The notes under the pieces were generated by a model that saw nothing but the letters and a program-made list of their open reading frames with translations, was not told the DNA's origin and made no database searches. DNA of 64,000 nt, taken from assembly GCA_965215195.1 (NCBI GenBank), contig CBDCDC010000002.1, forward strand, positions 736,001 through 800,000, read 5' to 3'. Origin of the DNA: Candidatus Latescibacterota bacterium. GTDB taxonomy: Bacteria; Latescibacterota; UBA2968; UBA8231. The position numbers and the translations under genes are program-made. This document shows positions 45,917 to 55,211 of the stretch, piece by piece. Numbering within the stretch: the first letter of the stretch is position 1; each line of letters starts with the position of its first letter.

Positions 45917-47064
45917 AGTCGCGCGAAAAGAGAATTTTGCGCTGGGCGCTGCTCTTCCTCGCGCCCAATCTGAGCGGATTTTTGATCTTCACGTCCCTGC
46001 CGGTGCTGTTCTCCTTTGGCCTCGCGTTTTTTCAGTGGGACACGTTCTCCTCGCCCCGCTTCATCGGCTTCGACAACTTCATTCGGCTGCTGACCGATCC
46101 CAAACTCTGGTTCTATCTCTACAACACGGTCTTTCTCATGCTGGGCCTGCCCCTGTCCATCGCCGGCTCGCTCCTATTGGCCATCGTCCTCTCGCAAAAG
46201 CTGCGCGGCATCATCGTCTATCGCACGGTCTTTTACCTCCCCACCGTCACCAATGGGGTCGCGCTGTTCTTGCTCTGGAAGTGGCTCTACAACCCCAAGT
46301 ACGGCCTCGTCAATTCGGTCCTACTACCCGTGCTCTCGTGGCCCTACTTCTCGCTCGCCGTGCGCGTCGCAGTCCTCGTGCTGGTAGGCTTGGTCCTGCA
46401 ATCTCTGGCGCGCAAGGCCGCGCGACCGGCCCAAGTCCTGTTCGCACTCCTCGCGGCCGCTGCGCTCTACTGGGTCGTCAGCGGCCTATACGAGTACGGC
46501 GGTCCTTGGGCTTGGCTGTCGGGGCGCTTAGCCCTCCTGTCCGGCCTCGACAGCATCGACGACTTGCCCAACTGGCTTTCGAGCAGCATCGACTTGGGCT
46601 GGCTCTCTTGGCTCGGCCTAGAGCAAGCGGCCTATTGGGCCAAGACAGCCATCATCTTCATGGGCATCTGGGCGTCTATGGGCGGGGGCAATATGATCCT
46701 CTACCTCGCGGCCCTCGCCAATGTGCCCGAGGAGCTATACGAAGCCTCGGACATCGACGGCGCCTCTAAGTGGCAGCAATTTTGGCACGTCACTTGGCCG
46801 ATGATTGCCCCTACTACCTTCTTTATATGCGTTATGTCCATTATCGGCGGGCTGCAAGGGGGCTTTGAGATCGCCTACTTGATGACCAATGGCGGCCCGG
46901 GCAAGGACGGGGACAACACGGTCACGCTCGGCTACTACATCTACCGCTCGGCCTTTGAAAACCTAGAGTTCGGGTACGCGGCCGCCGTGGCTTGGTTTAT
47001 GTTCGTCATCATATTTGTCATCACCTTGTGCAACTGGCGCTTCGGTCGGGGCGCGGTCAACTGA
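45913..47064 (+). CDS. Carbohydrate ABC transporter permease (MalF/UgpA-like)
   Basis: TTGA overlap; LFLAPNL, FIGFDNF, YRTVFYLP, EELYEASDIDGASKWQQFWHVTWP. Confidence 0.93.
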   Translation: MKSREKRILRWALLFLAPNLSGFLIFTSLPVLFSFGLAFFQWDTFSSPRFIGFDNFIRLLTDPKLWFYLYNTVFLMLGLPLSIAGSLLLAIVLSQKLRGIIVYRTVFYLPTVTNGVALFLLWKWLYNPKYGLVNSVLLPVLSWPYFSLAVRVAVLVLVGLVLQSLARKAARPAQVLFALLAAAALYWVVSGLYEYGGPWAWLSGRLALLSGLDSIDDLPNWLSSSIDLGWLSWLGLEQAAYWAKTAIIFMGIWASMGGGNMILYLAALANVPEELYEASDIDGASKWQQFWHVTWPMIAPTTFFICVMSIIGGLQGGFEIAYLMTNGGPGKDGDNTVTLGYYIYRSAFENLEFGYAAAVAWFMFVIIFVITLCNWRFGRGAVN

Positions 47065-47076
47065 GGGGAAAGGCGC

Positions 47077-48579
47077 ATGGCCAAAGTCGCGCGCACGACC
47101 GCGATCCACTCCCTGAGCCACGGGCTGCTCGTCCTCTTTGGCTTCACCACGCTCGTGCCGTTCTTGTGGATGGTGCTCACCTCGCTCAAGAGCGAAAACG
47201 AGGTCTTCCAGAGCCATATCTGGCCCCAAGAAGTGCGCCTCGGCAACGAAGGCGACCTGCTGAGGACCCGCGATGGCCAAGCCCTGCTCAACCCCCAAGG
47301 CGAGCCGATCCGCATCACCCTCGGCAACCCGGTGATACTCGGCGCTCCCGGCGACCCGATCCGCGACCAGCAGGGCCGCCTGATCTACGACCCGGACGGC
47401 CAGCCCATCCCCGGCAAAAACGTCGAAGAGCGCGGCGGCATTGCCGTGTACAAAAACCGCTGGAACCCGGTCCTCGTCGATGGTGCCCCTCTGCTGCTGA
47501 GCGAAATCCTGCGCGACAAGTGGCAAAAGCGGCTCGTACAGCAGCGCCAGAGTTGGCGCACGACTCAGCGGAGTGCGCCGCAGTCGGCCGAGCAACTGCC
47601 ACCGGCCTCGGTCGCGCTGGCCGACGGCACCCCGCTGCTGCGCGCCGACGGCACGCCCTATACCTACCGCGACATTTCTTGGGATCGCGTTGGGGATCCA
47701 GTTTTGGACATCCACGCTCAAGAGCCGATTCTCGACGCCAACGGCAACGCCATTCCCTTTCGCGCGGCCTTTCCCCTGCTCCGAAGCGACAACGACCCCC
47801 TGATGCGCAACGGCGTCGACGTCCTCTACGCCCGCTTCCCCGGGGAGGACGAGCCGCGCATCGCGTACGGCAGCGACGTGTTGCAGATCAGCGAGCCGCG
47901 CTTCATGTGGTCCAACTACATCCGGGTCTTGCGCGACAAGGACATCAAATTCTCGCTCTACGGCTGGAACAGCCTCTTCGTCGCCGTCTGCGTGATGGTC
48001 GGCCAAGTGGTGACCTCGGCCATGGCCGGCTTTGCCTTTGCCCGCCTCGAATGGCGCGGCCGCGACGCGGTCTTCCTGCTCTACTTGGCCACCTTGATGG
48101 TCCCCGGGATCGTCACCTTGCTGCCCAACTACGTGATCCTCAAAAGCCTCGGCTGGCTCGACTCGTTCCAAGCGCTCATCATCCCGGCCATGTTCACTGC
48201 TTTTGGCACCTTTATGATGCGCCAGTTTATGACCGGGCTGCCCAGAGGGCTCGAAGAAGCCGCTGAAATCGACGGGGCCACTCTTTGGAAGACCTTCTGG
48301 AGCATCGTCATGCCCCTGTCCAAGCCGGCGTTGATTACCCTGTCGATCTTCTCCTTTATGGGCACTTGGCAGTCCTTTACGTGGCCGCTGATCGTCACCC
48401 ACTCCGAGCACATGCGGGTCCTGCCGGTGGCCCTGCGCTACTTTGATTCCTCGCAGGGGACCAACTACTCCCTGTTGATGACCGGGAGCGTGCTGATGAT
48501 GCTGCCGATGATCGTGCTCTTTGTCTTTGGCCAGCGGTTCTTCGTGCGCGGCATCCAGCTCGGCGCACTCAAAGGCTGA
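47077..48579 (+). CDS. Carbohydrate ABC transporter permease (MalG/UgpE-like) with large inserted loop
   Basis: PFLWMVLTSLK, WSNY, AGFAFARL, LEEAAEIDGA, QRFFVRGIQLGALKG. Confidence 0.93.
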   Translation: MAKVARTTAIHSLSHGLLVLFGFTTLVPFLWMVLTSLKSENEVFQSHIWPQEVRLGNEGDLLRTRDGQALLNPQGEPIRITLGNPVILGAPGDPIRDQQGRLIYDPDGQPIPGKNVEERGGIAVYKNRWNPVLVDGAPLLLSEILRDKWQKRLVQQRQSWRTTQRSAPQSAEQLPPASVALADGTPLLRADGTPYTYRDISWDRVGDPVLDIHAQEPILDANGNAIPFRAAFPLLRSDNDPLMRNGVDVLYARFPGEDEPRIAYGSDVLQISEPRFMWSNYIRVLRDKDIKFSLYGWNSLFVAVCVMVGQVVTSAMAGFAFARLEWRGRDAVFLLYLATLMVPGIVTLLPNYVILKSLGWLDSFQALIIPAMFTAFGTFMMRQFMTGLPRGLEEAAEIDGATLWKTFWSIVMPLSKPALITLSIFSFMGTWQSFTWPLIVTHSEHMRVLPVALRYFDSSQGTNYSLLMTGSVLMMLPMIVLFVFGQRFFVRGIQLGALKG

Positions 48580-48585
48580 CCAGCG

Positions 48586-49389
48586 TCACAGCTCTGCTTG
48601 GGGAATCTGCTCCCAGTCCAGCTCGTCCTCGTCGATGTCCCAATCGTCGCTGCGCACGGCCGGCCGGTTGCAATAGGTGTGAAATTCGCAGCGGGCGCAC
48701 TCGCTCTCGTCGTCGGTCTTGGCGAACGCATCCGCGTCTGGCAGGGCCTCAATGGCGGCGATCGCCTCCGCCAACAGCGTGCGCGCCCGCTCGTGTTCGG
48801 CGGCCGAATAGGCAATCGGCTGCAGGGCCTGCGGATACTGAGCGTGCCAATAGACCAACATCACGTCCTCGGGCGCGAGTGCGCGGCCCTCGTTCAAGAC
48901 CGCGCCGGCCTCGGCCAAGACGAAGCGATAGACCAGCGTTTGCCAGCTTTGGGAGAATGCGGCTTGCGCTGGCTTTTTGCGGCCGGTCTTCCAGTCGAAT
49001 ATCCAAGCGCGGCCATCGTCGGCCAGTACCACGCGGTCAAACTTGGCCACGAGACGCCGGCCAGCTAGGGGCACGGAGAGCATGGTTTCCCCAAACACCG
49101 TCCCTGTGGGCACAACCGGCGGCTGCTCGCGCCAATTGCGCCACCAAGCGGCCAACAGCCGGTCGCGGCTCGGCTGCACGGCGTCCTCCACATCCATGCC
49201 CAAGCTCTCCTGCAGCACGAGCTGGTGGAACGCCCGCCCTCGGCTGGCCGCGGCCTCCCACTCGTCGAGCTGGTCGGTCAGCGGCGCTGGCCATGCCAAC
49301 CGCTCGACATAGCGCAACAGGAACTGCCGCCGACAGCGCGCAAAGGCCGTCAAGCTGCTCTGGCTGTACTTGAATCCTTGGGGTATCAT
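48586..49389 (-). CDS. Stand-alone PD-(D/E)XK nuclease, AddB/RecB/Cas4-like, with 4Fe-4S cysteines
   Basis: YSQSSL...CRRQF, GRAFHQL, AKFDRV, IFDWKTG, QTLVY, C-terminal CARCEFHTYC. Confidence 0.88.
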   Translation of the reverse strand: MIPQGFKYSQSSLTAFARCRRQFLLRYVERLAWPAPLTDQLDEWEAAASRGRAFHQLVLQESLGMDVEDAVQPSRDRLLAAWWRNWREQPPVVPTGTVFGETMLSVPLAGRRLVAKFDRVVLADDGRAWIFDWKTGRKKPAQAAFSQSWQTLVYRFVLAEAGAVLNEGRALAPEDVMLVYWHAQYPQALQPIAYSAAEHERARTLLAEAIAAIEALPDADAFAKTDDESECARCEFHTYCNRPAVRSDDWDIDEDELDWEQIPQAEL

Positions 49390-49405
49390 CGGCACTGGTT
49401 ATTTT

Positions 49406-49430
49406 GCCGGTCGCTTGCGAAGCGACCGGC
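49406..49430. other. Perfect 11-bp hairpin between vapC and the nuclease gene
   Basis: GCCGGTCGCTT-GCG-AAGCGACCGGC; no U-tract on the coding strand. Confidence 0.5.
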
Positions 49431-49432
49431 GA

Positions 49433-49852
49433 TCACGCAGGCCATGGGTTAATTACTTTAATGCCACAGCGCTCGAAATGCCCAACATTTCTGGTAGCAA
49501 TGACCGCCCCGCGACAACGGGCAATGGCGGCCATCTGACAGTCCGCGGTGCTGATCGGCAGGCCAGCGGCCCGTCGGCCAGCACCGATCTCGGCATAGCT
49601 GCGCGCGGCCTCACTATCAAAGGGCAGAATGCGGCGGGCGAAATCTTCTTGCAGCATATTCTCGACTGCGGCAGCGATCCGCTCGCGGCGGCGGCCCGCT
49701 GGCAGGATGGCGACGCCATAGCGCAACTCGGCCTCCGCGATCACCGAAAGGAAAACATTGGTGGCGGGCAGATCAGCAAGCCACGCCGCCACGCCGGGGT
49801 CGGGCTTGGGGCGCATCAACTCCGAGACAACGTTGGTGTCGAGCAGGATCAT
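49433..49852 (-). CDS. vapC: VapC/FitB PIN-domain toxin
   Basis: MILLDTNVVSELMRPKPD, AELRYG, ILPFD, ADCQMAAIA, IATRNVGHF, INPW. Confidence 0.93.
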   Translation of the reverse strand: MILLDTNVVSELMRPKPDPGVAAWLADLPATNVFLSVIAEAELRYGVAILPAGRRRERIAAAVENMLQEDFARRILPFDSEAARSYAEIGAGRRAAGLPISTADCQMAAIARCRGAVIATRNVGHFERCGIKVINPWPA

Positions 49853-49860
49853 CCCCAAAC

Positions 49861-50103
49861 TCAACCGAACTGGGGTGGCTCGCGCATTGGCTCGCGCGGC
49901 GGTATGTCCAGTTCCACGCCGCCCAAGGGCGCGAATCGAGCGCGTATGGCGCGTACCAGATTGGCGGGGGGCGCAGGCTCGGTGAGCGCCGCACGCAAAA
50001 TCAACCGCGCTTCCTCCTCCATCGAATGGCCGTGCTCGGCCGCTTGGATGCGCAGACGGTGCTTTACGTCGTCGCCGAGGTTGCGGATTGTCATGCTGGC
50101 CAT
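49861..50103 (-). CDS. FitA-like ribbon-helix-helix antitoxin
   Basis: GGAGG RBS; MASMTIRNLGDDVKHRLRIQAAEHGHSMEEEARLIL. Confidence 0.9.
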   Translation of the reverse strand: MASMTIRNLGDDVKHRLRIQAAEHGHSMEEEARLILRAALTEPAPPANLVRAIRARFAPLGGVELDIPPREPMREPPQFG

Positions 50104-50190
50104 GTTTTTCACCTCCGATTGCGACAAAATATGATTGTAGTCAATGACATCAAAGTCCACGACCTGAGAAGAGTCAGTTGACCCGTTTTT

Positions 50191-50430
50191 TTAACGATTG
50201 CGAACAATGCTCGAGTATAGCATCTCGGGGGCGACATCAGCACCATTGGGCCAAGCGATAGTGCCGCCTTCTATGGTTGCCTGCCTAAACAACTCCTCGT
50301 CCCTCAAAGGAAGGAAAACCGGCCCTTTGTGCAGGTATTCGGCAAAGTCAATGTCTCCCGCCACACCGTTGTCGAACTCAATGTGAAAAGTATAGCCTTT
50401 CTTATAATGAATTCTCGTTACGTCGTTCAT
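50191..50430 (-). CDS. DUF2442-domain protein (orphan antitoxin-like)
   Basis: IEFDNG..IDF..GPVFLPLRD..F...IEGGTIAWPNGADVAPEMLY. Confidence 0.85.
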   Translation of the reverse strand: MNDVTRIHYKKGYTFHIEFDNGVAGDIDFAEYLHKGPVFLPLRDEELFRQATIEGGTIAWPNGADVAPEMLYSSIVRNR

Positions 50431-50456
50431 ATTCCACGTGGTCGCGTCCTCATGTT

Positions 50457-52673
50457 TCACTGTGAATTTCGGTTTTGGCCCTGCTGCTGGCAATATATCT
50501 GCAACTGGCGGAACACCTCGGCCATGGGCACGACCTGCGGCCGCGTGGCGCGCGGAATTTGGCGGCTCCAGCTCAGGACCAAATAGCGCCGGGCGCGGGT
50601 GATGGCCACGTAGAGCAGCCGCAGCCGCTCGGCGATCACCTCGGCGTGGGAGCGATCGGTGGCCGACAGCCGGCTCGACCCGATCTCGCCGATCAGGTCC
50701 AACAGCTCAGCCCGCGCATCTTCGCAGGGATCGCCGCCTAAGAACTCGTATTCGCCCAAAAACCGCGCGTCGAGGTCGTGGGGGAACCAATCGCCATCAA
50801 CTCCCATGACATAGACTAAATCCCACTCCATCCCCTTGGCTTTGTGCATAGTCGTCAGGAAAATCCGCCCGGGCTGGGGTGCCAATGCGTCCTCTGCTTC
50901 GGCCAGCGCACCCGCCCGGCCCTGCACCGCTTCGCTCAGCTCGCGCACCAACTCGGGCAATTGCCATTCTGCGTTTTGGTCGGCGCGCGTACGCACATAG
51001 ACCGCAAGTTGCTGCGCCCGCGCCATATCCCCTTCCTCTACTAGCAGATCTTGGGCGACCGTCATCAGGAGCTGATCTACCGGCAGCGCGACCGCCCGCA
51101 GCCAGCGCCGCAGATAACCACACAGCAGGCCGATGGCTTCCAAATCCTGCGGCTCAATGCGCTCCACCGGGGGCAGGGCCGCTTCCATGCGCTGGCCGGC
51201 CTCCGGGTAGAGCAGTGCTTCGGGCCGATAGCAACTGCGCAGCAGCATGGCCACAGCCTCCTCGCTGCCCGACCCACTCGGCCCGGGCCAAAAGCCGACC
51301 AAGGCGCGGTAGGCCCGCTCCAGCTGGTTGCGCTGCAAAGGGTCGGCGAGAAAATTCAATACCGCGCATAAGGTCTCGCCCACCCGCCGCGCCGAGCGCG
51401 GGCTTTGCAGCACCTCGTCGAAATCCGCTCCGGCTTGGCGCAAGCGCTCGGCCATGTCGTAGCCGATGCGATTGGTCGGCACCAGCACTGCCACTGTCAA
51501 GCGCGGATTGCGCTCGGCAAAGCCCTTGGCCCGGCGCGCGATGCTGTCAAATTCATCGTGGCGGTTGTTGTACTCGCGGAACCCTATGGCGCTGTCGGCG
51601 TCCGCCGGGTTTTGCTGGGGATCGCCGCGCTCGGTGGGCTGCATCCGCTGGGGCCGGAAAGCGCGTTGGCGCACCTCGGCCAGCGGGTGTTCGACCGCGG
51701 CCCACTCGACCAAAAAGTTGGCCAAGTCCATGATCTTCGGGGCGCAGCGGCCGGAGATCGCCATCTCGGCGACCGCGACGTCATCGCGCTCCAAGAAGCG
51801 GCGCAAATAGCGCGGGTCGGCCGCGGTGAAGGTGCTCATAATCGCCTGATTGGGATCGCCGACCCGGATCCAATTGCCGCCCGGCCCCACCAACAGCGCG
51901 ATCAGTTCCTCCTGCAAGGGGACGCTGTCTTGCGCCTCGTCCTCCAAGACGAAGGGCCAACGCCGGCGGTAGCGGCCACACAAATCCGGGTATTGCTGCA
52001 ACATATCTACGGCCATCCACACCAAGTCGTCGAAATCGAGCCCGCCGATGGTCTCAACTTGCTGCTGGTAGAGCCGGTAGATTTCCGCGCCGATCCGCAA
52101 AAACGGGCTGCCGTCCTCCCGGCCGCCGATCCGCGCCAAGAGGTCCTCGGCCCGCAGCCGGCGGTTTTTGGCCGTGGTGATGACCGTGCGGGCGACTTTC
52201 CGCGCAATGTCGCGCCACTCCTGCTCCCACCGCTGATCCACGTATTCCCCAGGCCCCAACCGGCCCCACACCCCCTTGTTGTCATCGTTCCAAGCCCGCA
52301 CCGCCTTGTCGAGCAAACTCTCGCTGGCGCGCTCGTCGAGCACCACAAACTCGGCCGCGGCTCCCACCAGCCCGGGATTGGCTTGGACGATGCCATAGGC
52401 CAAGCTGTGCAAGGTCCGCACGTCGTACCCGACCTGCAGCAGGTCCATCTCTTGCAAGCGCTGGCCGATCCGGGCGCGGACATTATCCACGGCCGCGTTT
52501 TGGTAGGTCACGATCAGCACCTGCCCCCCCTCGGCGCGCCTTTCGGCGATCAGCCGAGTCGCCAAGGCGACAATCGCGGAGGTCTTGCCGCTGCCGGGCA
52601 CGGCCGACACGCCCAGCAGGCCGCCTTGATAGGCCAAGATCTCGCGCTGTCCCGTGCGCGGCTCAAAAATCAA
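50457..52673 (-). CDS. UvrD/AdnB-like SF1 ATP-dependent helicase (no nuclease tail)
   Basis: Likely TTG start; AVPGSGKT, VRTLHSL, LEDEAQDS, VGDPNQAI, TMHKAKGMEWD, ERLRLLYVAITRARR. Confidence 0.92.
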   Translation of the reverse strand: MIFEPRTGQREILAYQGGLLGVSAVPGSGKTSAIVALATRLIAERRAEGGQVLIVTYQNAAVDNVRARIGQRLQEMDLLQVGYDVRTLHSLAYGIVQANPGLVGAAAEFVVLDERASESLLDKAVRAWNDDNKGVWGRLGPGEYVDQRWEQEWRDIARKVARTVITTAKNRRLRAEDLLARIGGREDGSPFLRIGAEIYRLYQQQVETIGGLDFDDLVWMAVDMLQQYPDLCGRYRRRWPFVLEDEAQDSVPLQEELIALLVGPGGNWIRVGDPNQAIMSTFTAADPRYLRRFLERDDVAVAEMAISGRCAPKIMDLANFLVEWAAVEHPLAEVRQRAFRPQRMQPTERGDPQQNPADADSAIGFREYNNRHDEFDSIARRAKGFAERNPRLTVAVLVPTNRIGYDMAERLRQAGADFDEVLQSPRSARRVGETLCAVLNFLADPLQRNQLERAYRALVGFWPGPSGSGSEEAVAMLLRSCYRPEALLYPEAGQRMEAALPPVERIEPQDLEAIGLLCGYLRRWLRAVALPVDQLLMTVAQDLLVEEGDMARAQQLAVYVRTRADQNAEWQLPELVRELSEAVQGRAGALAEAEDALAPQPGRIFLTTMHKAKGMEWDLVYVMGVDGDWFPHDLDARFLGEYEFLGGDPCEDARAELLDLIGEIGSSRLSATDRSHAEVIAERLRLLYVAITRARRYLVLSWSRQIPRATRPQVVPMAEVFRQLQIYCQQQGQNRNSQ

Positions 52674-52680
52674 CGCCAGA

Positions 52681-52788
52681 CTACACACTTTTTCGTTTTC
52701 TGTATTTCCTGAATACTCCATAAACAGCCAGAAGTAGAATACTGACAGCAATCAGTGGATTTTCTGGATCACCTAGCCCGAACAACAT
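52681..52788 (-). CDS. 35-aa small membrane peptide or C-terminal gene remnant
   Basis: GAGGA RBS-like; MLFGLGDPENPLIAVSILLLAVYGVFRKYRKRKSV-TAG; below the ORF-track size cutoff. Confidence 0.4.
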   Translation of the reverse strand: MLFGLGDPENPLIAVSILLLAVYGVFRKYRKRKSV

Positions 52789-53240
52789 AAGAGCTTCCTC
52801 GACAACTGGATACACCTTACTCTTATCTTGCTCGTAAGGAAATTCTGTGTTTAATGGCTAACTCGTCACGTGGGGGGCCCAGCAGTTGAAAGCGGATGCT
52901 TGGGAAATATGGAACTGGCGCACTTTATTTATAATGTCGCGCTCGTATGGCCTCTAGGGTCTTTTGCGCTGCAACTCGATTGCTATACGTACCATTTCTT
53001 GGGTGTCTATATTCATCCTGCGCGGCTATCGTCTCCAATAAGGGCATGACCGACTCGTCTCCAAAAACTTCCAACGCCCGCAAAGCACCCCGTCTAACGA
53101 CGCCATTCTCATCCCCTAAGCTTTCAGTAAGACGAGTGCGTATTAAACTCAACTCCTGCTGCGTGAAGAAATCTGGCGCCTCCTCGGCCAGATTTCTCAA
53201 GTTCTGCATGGCTCCTGTCCTTCTACTAACATCGCTACTA

Positions 53241-54125
53241 ACCAATGGTGCTAGTGGGCTACAAGCTAAATTCCGCGATGGACAAGCGGACGAATCCATT
53301 TTCATCGGGTTGCAACCCGTGCCACTGAACCAGCAGGTTGAAGGTGGCCATGGCAAAGCTCAGATGCGCTCTAAAGTAGGCCCAGGCTCGATGGGTCTGT
53401 CGCTTGAAGTGCCCGATGCGGGTCAGCATGGAAAAGACGGTCTCGATGACCATACGCTCGCCCCACGTTTTGCGGGGACACACTTTCAGATTGGCCGGAT
53501 CACCGGCTTTGGCATGAAAGCCTTGGTCGCTGAGGAGGATCATCTGCTCTTCGTAGCGGCCAATCATCGGGTGAAAGACCGTATCGTGGACATTGGCGGT
53601 ATTACAATCCCAATCGACGATCAAGCCCCATTGGTTGACGATCAAGCCCAGCTTGCCGCCGACGATCCAGCGGTGATTGGACCGCCCTTTCCGGCCGATA
53701 GGGTGAGCGGAGCGGCCTTCGCGTACTGGATGGATCAACTCGATGCCATAGCTATCGATCACGCCTAAAGGGGTGGGGTCCGCTCGAAAGCGATCGGTCC
53801 AGTCCGCATGGGCGGCAAACAGGCGGAACAAGCGGGTGCGCTCGGGCAGGCGCGGAAAAAAGGCGCGCCAATCGCGCGCTACCCAGCGATAAAACGCCCG
53901 TTTGCCGCCCCCTTTGAGCGCATACAGAACCGCCAAGGTCACCGTTTCGCTGGGATATAAGGCGGCTTGGGGGTGTTTGGGCACATCGCCCATCTGGTGG
54001 TCGATTCGACAGAACAGGGCTATTATAAACTCGGCCGTGGTCATGGGACGCTCCTTCGCTGAAAGGGGGGATACCCTCAGCGTAGGAACTACCTTGACCA
54101 CGGTCAACTCACTAGCACCATTGGT
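53241..54125 (-). mobile_element. IS982-family-like insertion sequence, 885 bp
   Basis: 16-bp perfect TIRs ACCAATGGTGCTAGTG / CACTAGCACCATTGGT; 5-bp target duplication TACTA (53236-53240, 54126-54130). Confidence 0.93.
53259..54044 (-). CDS. DDE transposase (IS982-like)
   Basis: AAGGAG RBS; MTTAEFIIALFCRID; acidic triad in VIDSYG, LSDQGF, RMVIETVFS. Confidence 0.92.
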   Translation of the reverse strand: MTTAEFIIALFCRIDHQMGDVPKHPQAALYPSETVTLAVLYALKGGGKRAFYRWVARDWRAFFPRLPERTRLFRLFAAHADWTDRFRADPTPLGVIDSYGIELIHPVREGRSAHPIGRKGRSNHRWIVGGKLGLIVNQWGLIVDWDCNTANVHDTVFHPMIGRYEEQMILLSDQGFHAKAGDPANLKVCPRKTWGERMVIETVFSMLTRIGHFKRQTHRAWAYFRAHLSFAMATFNLLVQWHGLQPDENGFVRLSIAEFSL

Positions 54126-55211
54126 TACTAAGGGATAGAGAATCTACAAGAGCCGGTACAATAGAATGACCAATCACTAAAAACCCCTTCCACATATTAG
54201 GACTGTATTTCACCCCTTCAAGAAGGATATCCTTGCTACGCATATCACCTATCCTATTCAGCAATCCAAGCAGAGACAAGCCTCCTTCTCCATCGCCTTC
54301 CGTTCTCTGATCTGGAGGTATGGCTCGATTTTTTCTGTATCGATAGATTAAAGCCGGAACCGCATCCCGCACCGCATCTCGACCCTTGAGCGTTAACAAT
54401 CGACTAACGTTCATTTCCATCCTTGAAGAAGAGTAGGGATCTGCATGCATAATAATCAGTGCATCTTCCTCAGAAAACACCCAAGCCTCCAACTCCGATG
54501 TCGTCAGCCGCAGTCGCCCTACAGGGTAGGAGTCTATACGACAGAGAGGGATTGGAGAGGGCTCCAATTCCGATGTCGTCAGCCGCTCTCGCCCTACTAC
54601 CTGGACAATAATGTCCCTAAACACGCTTCTTCTATAAAAGAGTTTTCCCAAATTCTTAACAGTGCGTTTATCATTTTCATCGGTGCTATTGAGTAGGTTT
54701 TTATAAATTATTGCCGCCTCTCTATACTTCCCTTGCCCGATCAACTCGTCCACTTCCTCAACGGTAGCCCAAGAGCCTTCGTTTACAGGAAGCGTTTTAA
54801 GCCGTCTTTTTGCATATATGGCCCAGTGGCTATTCGGATGGTCTGTAAGAAGCTTATTATAAAAACTCCTCGCTCCAGCATAATCACCTAGTGCTCTCCG
54901 CTGGCCGGCCATGCTATAGTAAATTTTATCTATATATTCGCTTTCAGGATAGCGCTCTAATACCTTTTGATAGTATTCGAGTGCCTTCTCATGATAGCTT
55001 TGATTGGCGTATGTATCCCCTATGCCCATCAGTAACCACGAATCCTCACTTTGACTTAGCCTAGTCTCGTATATCTTTTCATCTTGGGCATAAAGCATGA
55101 GAGGCGCGAGTACAACAATAATAGTTGGCAAACCGATTTTGATTTTCATCTTTTACCTCCAATAATTCTTACATAAAAAGATTCAAAAATTTGCCAAAAT
55201 CGCTCAGCCAA

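Larger units (their letters stand above)
52925..55149 (-). pseudogene. Low-GC secreted TPR + HEAT-repeat protein interrupted by an IS
   Basis: GGAGG RBS, signal peptide, TPRs; removing the IS and one TACTA restores frame (..DSLSL|SSDVSRRTGAMQ..VRRGALRALE..), giving 444 aa. Confidence 0.88.

Noticed and set aside
48586-49389. Nuclease as CRISPR Cas4
   Set aside because: No cas1/cas2 or array; the context is helicase genes
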